From an uncultured Bacteroidota bacterium (GTDB lineage Bacteria > Bacteroidota > Bacteroidia > Bacteroidales > UBA12077): a stretch of 51,347 bases of DNA. The stretch covers positions 1 through 51,347 of the forward strand of contig CAJXLE010000003.1 of assembly GCA_913055895.1 (NCBI GenBank), written 5' to 3'. The notes beneath the pieces are model-generated. The model saw only the letters and a list, made by a program, of their open reading frames with translations, was not told the DNA's origin and made no database searches. This document shows, piece by piece, positions 39,085-46,666 of this stretch. Position numbers and translations under genes: made by a program. Within the stretch, counting starts at the first letter, position 1; each line of letters begins with the position of its first letter.

Positions 39085-40053
39085 ATGAGCGACCAAAATA
39101 AGGAGATTGCCGTAGGTATTGATATTGGCGGGACGAACAGCCGCTATGGCATTGTCACCGGCACGGGAGAGGTTCTGAAGCACGACCGTTTTCCCACCCG
39201 CTCCTATCCCAAGGCCGAAGGTTTTGTCAGGGCAATAAGCCGCAAGATAAAAGACCTTTTGAAGGACTATGAAGATTATACTTTTAAGGGCATTGGCATT
39301 GGAGCCCCCAACGGCAACTACTTCCGTGGTACCATAGAACAGGCTCCCAACCTGGGATGGAAAGGAGTTATCCCTTTTGTCGATCAGTTTAAGAAGTATT
39401 TCAATGAGCGGGTGGTGCTGACCAACGACGCCAATGCAGCGGCCATAGGGGAGATGATGTTCGGTGGTGCCCGTGAGATGAAGAATTTTATTGTCATCAC
39501 CCTGGGCACCGGCCTGGGCAGCGGATTGGTGGTCAACGGCGACCTGGTGTACGGCCACGATGGCTTTGCAGGCGAGCTGGGCCACACCTTTGTATACCTG
39601 GACCAGGGGCGTAAGTGTGGCTGTGGGCGCAGGGGTTGCCTGGAGACCTATGCGTCGGCCCAGGGCATCAAAAGAACAGTTTTTGAGCTCATGTCCGAAA
39701 GTGTCAAGTCAAGCGAGTTGCGCAACATATCATTCTCCGAGATGACCTCTGAACACATCTTTCATGCTGCAAAGAATGGCGACCGCATCGCCAAGGAGGC
39801 TTTCGACATCACCGGCCAGTACCTGGGCATGAAAATAGCCGATGCGGTAGTTCATACAAGCCCGGAAGCCATCTTCCTCTATGGCGGACTGGCCAAGGCG
39901 GGCAACCTGATCCTCAATCCCACCATCAAGACTTTCGACGACCATGTGATGAACATTTTCAAGGGCAAGGTGTCCATTTTATCCTCCGAGCTCAACGGCA
40001 AACAGGGAGCCATCCTGGGCGCCGCCGCACTGGTGTGGAAAAAGAGAAAATAA
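39085..40053 (+). CDS. ROK family sugar kinase (glucokinase-like)
   Basis: GIDIGGT, NDANAAA, TLGTGLG, GELGH, CGCGRRGCLE. Confidence 0.92.
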   Translation: MSDQNKEIAVGIDIGGTNSRYGIVTGTGEVLKHDRFPTRSYPKAEGFVRAISRKIKDLLKDYEDYTFKGIGIGAPNGNYFRGTIEQAPNLGWKGVIPFVDQFKKYFNERVVLTNDANAAAIGEMMFGGAREMKNFIVITLGTGLGSGLVVNGDLVYGHDGFAGELGHTFVYLDQGRKCGCGRRGCLETYASAQGIKRTVFELMSESVKSSELRNISFSEMTSEHIFHAAKNGDRIAKEAFDITGQYLGMKIADAVVHTSPEAIFLYGGLAKAGNLILNPTIKTFDDHVMNIFKGKVSILSSELNGKQGAILGAAALVWKKRK

Positions 40054-40127
40054 GTTCCGTGCCGCCCCTTGGATAAACATGGCACAGAACGAACCCTACA
40101 CAGAGCCAACAACAAGAAATGAGCAAA

Positions 40128-40169
40128 TAAAAAAGCCGGCGTCATCAGGGAATGACGCCGGCGTTTTTT
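40128..40169. terminator. Bidirectional intrinsic terminator
   Basis: AAAAAAGCCGGCGTCAT-CAGGGA-ATGACGCCGGCGTTTTTT. Confidence 0.85.
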
Positions 40170-40219
40170 ATGGCCGTGCCGTTTAATAACGGTTGTTTGG
40201 TGTGAAACCTGGGGCCCTG

Positions 40220-41140
40220 CTATCTCCCGCGGCTCAAGGATTCACCCACACCCTCCAGCAGCTTTTTGGTGGCAGCGATCCCTTGTTTTTCACCGAGCCG
40301 GCTGCCTTCGTATTCTATGCCTATGTATCCGTGGTAATGGGCATCCCGCACGATTTTTAGGATGCGGTGAAAGTCCATGGTGGTTTCGTTGCCCTGTTCA
40401 TCAAAATCGTAGGTTTTGGCGCTCACTCCTTTGGCCCAGGGCATCAGCTCACGGATGCCTTTGTAACGGTCGTACTTTTGTCCTTCGCCGATGGTGAAAT
40501 TGCCAAAGTCGGGCAGCGTTCCGCAATTGGGCATGTCAACCGAGCGGATCACCCCGGCCAGCCATTTGCCGTTGGAGGAGTGTCCGCCATGGTTCTCCAC
40601 CACCACGTTGATGCCATCGTGGGCAGCCCTCTCCGAGAGCCGGCCCAGCCCATCAATGGCTGCACGGGCAACCTCCTGCGAATCGCCGTGGCCCCGGGCA
40701 TTGACACGAATGGTCTGACATCCCAGGTATTTGGCCGTCTCGATCCATTTGAAATGGTTTTCCACAGCTTTCTCTCTGGCTGCATTGTCGGTGTCGCCCA
40801 GGTCACCTTCGCCGTCGACCATGATCAGCACGTTGTTGATGCCTTCGTTGACGCATATGTTGCGCAGCTCAGAGACGTATTGCAGTTTGGTGGTCTTGAA
40901 GAAGGTGCTCACATATTCCACCGCCCGGATGTCAAATTCCTCCCGTGCCACCCGTGGAAAATCCAGGTTGGTCATCTTACCGCTGTTGATGGTTCGGTGC
41001 AGCGACCATTCAGCCAGCGACAAATCGAAGAACAACCCGTCATCCCGCTGGTCATTGACCTTTGGGGAAACTCCCGACAGCAGGCCCATGCCGGCACCCG
41101 CTGCCAGGAGATTTTTTAAAAAATCCCTTCTGTTTGTCAT
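40220..41140 (-). CDS. Tat-exported sugar phosphate isomerase/epimerase-family TIM barrel
   Basis: MTNRRDFLK Tat motif; SLAEWSLH, VENHGG, LPDFGNF, IGIEYEG. Confidence 0.88.
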   Translation of the reverse strand: MTNRRDFLKNLLAAGAGMGLLSGVSPKVNDQRDDGLFFDLSLAEWSLHRTINSGKMTNLDFPRVAREEFDIRAVEYVSTFFKTTKLQYVSELRNICVNEGINNVLIMVDGEGDLGDTDNAAREKAVENHFKWIETAKYLGCQTIRVNARGHGDSQEVARAAIDGLGRLSERAAHDGINVVVENHGGHSSNGKWLAGVIRSVDMPNCGTLPDFGNFTIGEGQKYDRYKGIRELMPWAKGVSAKTYDFDEQGNETTMDFHRILKIVRDAHYHGYIGIEYEGSRLGEKQGIAATKKLLEGVGESLSRGR

Positions 41141-41151
41141 ACCAGCCTTGC

Positions 41152-41937
41152 TTAGAGTTTCTTGAGTTTGATGTTGCGGAACCATACATCGTTGCCATGG
41201 TCCTGCAGGCCGATATAGCCCTCGCGGTACTTGCCGAAATCTTCGTACTCGCTGAACTTGCTCTTTTTGACCATCTCCTTCCATTTGTCGGTGCCCAGGT
41301 GGTACTCGAGGATCTTCTCGCCGTTCATCCGGTGCACTACGGTGCCCTGGTAAACCATGATCTCTACCTGGTTCCACTCGCCTGCCGGCTTGGCGTTTTG
41401 AGGCTCGGGAGCGATCAGGTCGTAGAGAGCCCCTGCCTTCCGGCTGTCGCCCAGCTTGGCATCAATATGCCGTTCGTTATCCAGCACCTGCATCTCGGGG
41501 GCCGACTGCCATATGGGCTGGTCTTCCACTTCTTTGGCCAGGTAGAAGATGCCGCTGTTGCCTCCCTTGGAGATCTTCCACTCCAACTTGAGATGGAAAT
41601 CCTTGAATTTTTGATCATAGACGATGTCGCCTCCGGCTCCGCCGGCTTCTCCCTGTCCCGAGCCTATACAGCGCAGGGCCTGGTCTTCTATGACCCATCC
41701 GCTGTCGGGGAAGGCAGCATCGTTGTAGCCCCTCCAGCCATCAGTGTTTTCGCCGTTGAACAGCATTTGCCATCCTTCCTCCTTTTCTTTCTCGGTTAGT
41801 GTGTTGGGTTGGTCCATTTCCTTTTGTTTTTGGGATTCCTGGTCTTCTTTTTTTGTGCCCTGTCCGCATGAGGTGAACAAGAATGCGGCCATTATCAGGC
41901 CTATAAAAAGATTGGTGTTTAAGCGGTTCATTTTCAT
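41152..41937 (-). CDS. DUF1080 (3-keto-disaccharide hydrolase family) lipoprotein
   Basis: FTSC lipobox; LFNG...GW, GNSGIF, PEMQVLD, GLQDHG..VWFRNIK. Confidence 0.92.
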   Translation of the reverse strand: MKMNRLNTNLFIGLIMAAFLFTSCGQGTKKEDQESQKQKEMDQPNTLTEKEKEEGWQMLFNGENTDGWRGYNDAAFPDSGWVIEDQALRCIGSGQGEAGGAGGDIVYDQKFKDFHLKLEWKISKGGNSGIFYLAKEVEDQPIWQSAPEMQVLDNERHIDAKLGDSRKAGALYDLIAPEPQNAKPAGEWNQVEIMVYQGTVVHRMNGEKILEYHLGTDKWKEMVKKSKFSEYEDFGKYREGYIGLQDHGNDVWFRNIKLKKL

Positions 41938-42097
41938 AAGTATGTTTTTTGTTGAGACATGGATGTTGGTTCGGTTTTTATTACCTGTTTCGGTTTTGGA
42001 TTAAGCCGGAGTTTTCCGGTATGTGCCGTAGCCCGGGGTTTTTGATCTTTGCCGGCTGCAGCATCTTTTGATTAGAGCACAGAGCGTTGTCCTTTTC

Positions 42098-43585
42098 TTA
42101 CAATTTCCATCCCTCCCGGTAGCTGTGTTTGATGTACCCTTTGGCAGCCTGGTGGGCGTTGATGGTTTTGTACTGCGTGTCGAAATGGGGATGGCCGTCG
42201 ATAACCTTGAACTCATCGGTGGTCACCACACGGATCTCGTCGTCGGGATCGATGTTTTTGAACTTCATGTTGGTGCCATCCCACAACAGCTCCCGCTTAA
42301 GGTCCTGCAGGCGTGTGGCCACAACCCCCATCAGCACCATCTCGGTGAGGGGACCTGCATAGTCGAAGTTGGAGCTGGGCATGGTTCTGTTGCCCGGGCT
42401 TTCTTTGCAGGCCCTGGCCCAGTCGCCTATATGGCCTTTCTCCACGCGCCGCAGCTGTTTGGCCGGTCGCCTGTACGATTTGTCATAGGAAAGGGGCAGC
42501 AGGAAGGGGTTGCGTCCGTAAGTGCCGCACATCAGCTTGCCCTTGGTGCCAACAAAAAGGCATCCCCCGTTGTGGTCGCGTCCCATGATCTCACCTTCAG
42601 GCAGCTCAGGCGGACGCTCAGGCAGCAGTCCACCGTCGTACCAGTTGACTTTCACCTCCGGCATGTTGACCTTGGGCATGTTGGCCCTGGCCGGGAACTT
42701 GTAGCGGACAATCTCCGATTGCGGGGGACTCTCCGTGTTGATGGGCGAGGAGGAAGCTTCCACGCTGGTGGGATACTGCAGCTTCAGGGCTTTGAAGATG
42801 GGGTCCATGATGTGACAGGCCATGTCGCCCAGGGCACCCGTGCCAAAGTCCCACCAACCCCGCCAGTTCCAGGGGTGGTATACTTCATTGTAGGGCCTGT
42901 AGCTGGCCGGTCCAATAAAAAGGTCCCACTTCAGGTGATCGGGCACCTCCATCTCCTTGCCGGGACGTTCCAGTCCCTGTGGCCATATGGGCCTGTTGGT
43001 CCAGGCATGGGCTTCGCGGACCTCCCCGATGGCCCCGTCCCATATCCATTCGCACACCTGGCGGATGCCTTCCCCGCTGTTGCCCTGGTTGCCCATCTGG
43101 GTGACCACGTTGTACCGCCGGGCTATCTCGGTCATCTGTCTTGACTCCCATACCGAATGTGTGAGCGGCTTTTCGCAATACACATGCTTGCCCATCTTCA
43201 TGGCATGGATGGAGATGATGGCATGGGTGTGGTCGGGAGTGCCCACCACCACCGCATCGATCTCGTCTCCCATCTCATCGAACATCTTACGCCAGTCGTA
43301 ATACTTCTTGGCGTTGGGATACTTCTCAAAGGTCGATTTGGCATATTTCCAGTCGACATCGCACAGGGCCACGATGTTTTCATTGGCGAGTCCTTCGAGT
43401 ACCCCGCCACCGCGACCTCCAACGCCAATGCCGGCAATGTTGAGTTTGTCGCTGGGGGGTGTGTGCCCCAACCCGCCCACCACGTGGTTGGGCAGGATGG
43501 TGATACCCGCTACCGCCGCCCCCGTGTTCTTAATGAAGGAGCGCCGGGTCATCTTGGAAGGTTTTCTGTTTTTCTCCATATCCAT
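42098..43585 (-). CDS. Tat-exported Gfo/Idh/MocA oxidoreductase
   Basis: TRRSFIK; GVGGRG, TPDHTH, CEKPLTH, GALGDMACH. Confidence 0.92.
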   Translation of the reverse strand: MDMEKNRKPSKMTRRSFIKNTGAAVAGITILPNHVVGGLGHTPPSDKLNIAGIGVGGRGGGVLEGLANENIVALCDVDWKYAKSTFEKYPNAKKYYDWRKMFDEMGDEIDAVVVGTPDHTHAIISIHAMKMGKHVYCEKPLTHSVWESRQMTEIARRYNVVTQMGNQGNSGEGIRQVCEWIWDGAIGEVREAHAWTNRPIWPQGLERPGKEMEVPDHLKWDLFIGPASYRPYNEVYHPWNWRGWWDFGTGALGDMACHIMDPIFKALKLQYPTSVEASSSPINTESPPQSEIVRYKFPARANMPKVNMPEVKVNWYDGGLLPERPPELPEGEIMGRDHNGGCLFVGTKGKLMCGTYGRNPFLLPLSYDKSYRRPAKQLRRVEKGHIGDWARACKESPGNRTMPSSNFDYAGPLTEMVLMGVVATRLQDLKRELLWDGTNMKFKNIDPDDEIRVVTTDEFKVIDGHPHFDTQYKTINAHQAAKGYIKHSYREGWKL

Positions 43586-43991
43586 GGTTTTGAAGTTTAT
43601 AATGGGATCTGCTTCATTTTTTTATCGGGCTGGTTGGGCCGCAATGATGAGAAGGAGTTGAGAGTTATGCCAACAATGGTTCGATGATGTGGGGCAGGCA
43701 GTTGAGCATACTGGAAATGCCCCAGGCAACGACAAGGTGTATGCTTTGTTAATGTCCTTTTAGCAAGCATTTTGTGTAGTTTGGCATGTAGGGTGTATGG
43801 CCGGGTTCCCATAATATGCTGGTTAGGGGCAATATACAAAAACTGTAGCTTAATACCAACAGAATACGGGATATATCAACCACATTTATTTTGATGGCTT
43901 CATCGGCCGGCCCGGGCAGTCATACCCACCGGCCGGCTTCATCACGGGGCATTGATCGAGGTGGAAGCCGTGGCTGCTGTGGCAGAATAGC

Positions 43992-45035
43992 CTATAAAAG
44001 CTCGATGTTGTTTTTCTCGCATGCCGCCCGCATCTCTTCGGGCCAGATGCCTGCCTGTACTTCCCCGATATGGGCTTTTTGCAGGTACTGCATGCACAGT
44101 CTCGACTGCCCGATGCCTCCACCCATGGTTTGTGGCAGCGATCCTTCCAGGAGCCTGGAGTGGAAATGCAGGTCTTTTCGTTCTTCCACCCCGCAAAGTT
44201 TGAGTTGTTGCTCCAGCGATTCAGGACTAACCCGTATACCCATGGAGGAGATTTCAAAAGCTTTTTTCAGCACCGGGTTCCAGACCAGTATGTCGCCGTT
44301 GAGACCCCTGTAACCGTTGATCGTGGGTGACGACCAGTCGTCATAGTCGGGGGCCCTCAAATCATGCGGCGTACCATCCATCAGGCTGTGGCCGATACCG
44401 ATCAAAAAGACTGCCCCATGTTCGCTGGCTATCAGGTCTTCACGTTGTCCGGGCGACCTGTCGGGGTATTTTTCCTGAAGCTCCTCGCTGTGTACGAAGG
44501 TGATCTTTTTGGGCAACACCGGGCGAATAACGGGTATGCGTTCGGTGATGGCCTGTTCGGTTTCCACCATGGCCTCATAGATTTTCTCCACCGTCTTTTT
44601 CAGCGTGTCCAGGTGGCGCTCGGAGCTGTCCAACACTTTCTCCCAGTCCCACTGGTCGACATACACCGAATGCAGGTTGTCGAGCTCCTCGTCGGGACGC
44701 AGGGCATTCATGTCGGTGTATATGCCCCCGACCTTTTCTCTGTCCAGCGTGGCCAGTTTCATGCGTTTCCACTTGGCCAGGCTCTGTACCACTTCTACCC
44801 GGCTTTTGTTGAGCGATCCAACCGGGAAACTGACCGGTTGTTCCACACCGTTTAAATCATCGTTGATGCCCGTTCCCGACAGCACCAGCATGGGTGCGGT
44901 GACACGCTGCAGGTCCAGTTTTTTGGCCAGGACCTTTTGAAATTCATCCTTGATGAACTTGATGGCCGACTCGGTGGCCTCCCGGGTGAGCATGTTCCGG
45001 TAATCGTGAGGAATGATGAGATTTTTCATGGTCAT
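43992..45035 (-). CDS. asnA: Aspartate--ammonia ligase (asparagine synthetase A)
   Basis: NDDLNGVE, VVQSLAKWKR, HSVYVDQWDWE, RAPDYDDW, GGGIGQSR. Confidence 0.97.
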   Translation of the reverse strand: MTMKNLIIPHDYRNMLTREATESAIKFIKDEFQKVLAKKLDLQRVTAPMLVLSGTGINDDLNGVEQPVSFPVGSLNKSRVEVVQSLAKWKRMKLATLDREKVGGIYTDMNALRPDEELDNLHSVYVDQWDWEKVLDSSERHLDTLKKTVEKIYEAMVETEQAITERIPVIRPVLPKKITFVHSEELQEKYPDRSPGQREDLIASEHGAVFLIGIGHSLMDGTPHDLRAPDYDDWSSPTINGYRGLNGDILVWNPVLKKAFEISSMGIRVSPESLEQQLKLCGVEERKDLHFHSRLLEGSLPQTMGGGIGQSRLCMQYLQKAHIGEVQAGIWPEEMRAACEKNNIELL

Positions 45036-45067
45036 TGATTTTTCATATTCAACTTACAATTTGCTTT

Positions 45068-45107
45068 AAAAAGAAAGGCCTTCTTCGGAAGTTACCGGAG
45101 AAGGCCT
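45068..45107 (-). terminator. Attenuator terminator 2 (asnA-proximal)
   Basis: Minus strand AGGCCTTCTCCGG-TAACTT-CCGAAGAAGGCCT-TTCTTTTT, ending about 30 nt before the asnA ATG. Confidence 0.85.
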
Positions 45108-45196
45108 GGCGGATTATAGCAACAAAAGACAACCTTCCCCGGTGGCGGGCGGTTGTTATTATTGTTGTTGTTATTGTTTTGAAGCCTGTATTCCAT
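45092..45196 (-). CDS. asnA leader peptide 2: MEYRLQNNNNNNNNNRPPPGKVVFCCYNPPGLLR
   Basis: Manual translation; 9 consecutive AAC/AAT codons; overlaps the antiterminator strand and the terminator 5' arm. Confidence 0.85.
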   Translation of the reverse strand: MEYRLQNNNNNNNNNRPPPGKVVFCCYNPPGLLR

Positions 45197-45217
45197 GATC
45201 ACAGCGGTTTTAAGCGC

Positions 45218-45251
45218 AAAAAAAAAGCCTTCCCTGATGGCAGGAAGGCTT
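45218..45251 (-). terminator. Attenuator terminator 1 (distal)
   Basis: Minus strand AAGCCTTCCTG-CCAT-CAGGGAAGGC followed by 9 T. Confidence 0.85.
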
Positions 45252-45273
45252 CGAATGCTTTTTGTGGTTATGG

Positions 45274-45363
45274 TTACAGCTCATCACAGCCTTCCTGCTC
45301 GTAGACGCGATTGTCGTTACGATTCAAATTGGAAGGGTTGTGATTGCTGACCAGGTACATCAT
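45274..45363 (-). CDS. asnA leader peptide 1: MMYLVSNHNPSNLNRNDNRVYEQEGCDEL
   Basis: Manual translation; 6 Asn in a 12-codon window; 3' part contains an 11-nt perfect complement of the terminator-1 5' arm. Confidence 0.75.
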   Translation of the reverse strand: MMYLVSNHNPSNLNRNDNRVYEQEGCDEL

Positions 45364-45450
45364 AGTCCGTAGAGTTCGGGTAACAATTATGCAGACAAGA
45401 AACAAATTATTTCATTACCATGCAAACCGTTGGTGGAAAAATTCAGGAAT

Positions 45451-45852
45451 TTAATCACTTCTCAGGTTCCTTTCGATGATGTCGTAAGGGATCTTGGTGT
45501 CGGAGTAAACCTGCCATTGGGCGATTTTTTCATTCTTCACCACGGCCTTCCAGGCGCAGGGCAGCTTCCAGGAATTGACCGTCTCTGAATTTTTTTGACT
45601 GCGGTAGGTTCCCGTGGCCCATCCAAAAAGACCTATCAGTTCTTCGTCTTCAATGATCTCGGTCACCTCAATGGTGTAATCGGGAAAGAAGTCGAAATAT
45701 CCCTTCCAGGCTTCCTTCATTTTGCTTTTTCCCACCACCTTTTTCCCGTGCGAATTGATAAAGGTGTGGTCGTCGGTTATCAAAGTCCCAATCTTTTTAA
45801 CCTGGTGGGCATTGATGGCCTTGACGAAATTCATGACTGTTTTAACGCTCAT
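45451..45852 (-). CDS. SnoaL/NTF2-like protein
   Basis: FVKAINAH, DDHTF, W.GYF..FPDY, WQVYSD. Confidence 0.8.
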   Translation of the reverse strand: MSVKTVMNFVKAINAHQVKKIGTLITDDHTFINSHGKKVVGKSKMKEAWKGYFDFFPDYTIEVTEIIEDEELIGLFGWATGTYRSQKNSETVNSWKLPCAWKAVVKNEKIAQWQVYSDTKIPYDIIERNLRSD

Positions 45853-45864
45853 AACCCTTGTTTT

Positions 45865-46131
45865 TCAATATCCAAAATTCTTTTTGATGCGAAGGCGGAA
45901 GCCGATGGTGCCGGGCTCATGTTTCATGGCCGGCACGACATGAAAGTTCAAAAAGCAACGGTCGGGCTTGTTTAGTTCGCTGTGGGCGACCATCACAGAT
46001 CCGTCCGCCGTGGCATCCTTCCCGACCACAATGGCACAACAGCCCCTTGCCTGTTTTTGTGCTAGAAACAGCAGACCTGTAAGTATCCTAATGAATAAGA
46101 GATAAGTGGGTTTTAAACCTGGATTGAGCAT
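45865..46131 (-). pseudogene. N-terminal fragment of a C69 (Ntn) dipeptidase
   Basis: Signal peptide then CCAIVVGKDATADGSVMVAHSE, the typical C69 N-terminus, but only 88 aa. Confidence 0.65.
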
Positions 46132-46439
46132 GTGCTTGTGCTGTTGATTTTAAAAGTAAGACCTTTCTCTTTCGCCGCTCCAAATTTATAAATTTAGGGA
46201 AAAGCCAGAGAAAAGCAAAAATCTTTAGTGCTTTATTCTTCCCGGGGTGTTTTGTTGGAGTCCTTGTTTATCAGGATCTTATGATGGTATAATGTTTTTT
46301 GCCCTGTGGATTTTGCTGAGGAATTGTCATTATTTATTGATAGGATCATTTTTTAATTGATTGGGTGGGCGAAGGACCATCCCGGCAAGCAGGTAAAATC
46401 AACTGTTTGGCAGTTTTATACGATTATTTTTTATTTATT

Positions 46440-46635
46440 ATTTGGCCGTATGGAACCTGCATGAATAATCGTGTCCTTGAGCGTAGGTTACTGGATGCAG
46501 GTTTCACAAGTTTATTTTTTTTGTTACTTTGTCACGGACGTTTCATACGGTTATCATTTATTTAATAATTTGGCCGTATGGAACCTGCATGAATAATCAT
46601 GTCCTTGTTGTGTAGGTTGCTGGATACAGGTTTCA
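46440..46635 (+). repeat. Two ~67-nt direct repeats, each forming a hairpin
   Basis: Copies at 46440-46506 and 46568-46635: ATTTGGCCGTATGGAACCTGCATGAATAATC...TAGGTT(A/G)CTGGAT(G/A)CAGGTTTCA. Confidence 0.9.
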
Positions 46636-46666
46636 TTTGACCAAAGATATTTAAAATAATAATCAC

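Noticed and set aside
45035-45304. Plus-strand ORF with VVIIVVVIV
   Set aside because: Simply the reverse complement of the Asn-codon run in the asnA leader
46365-46565. 66-aa ORF across the first repeat
   Set aside because: The reading frame is broken in the second copy, so there is no support for coding
46440-46635. CRISPR mini-array
   Set aside because: Only two units, too long and divergent for CRISPR repeats, and no cas genes nearby
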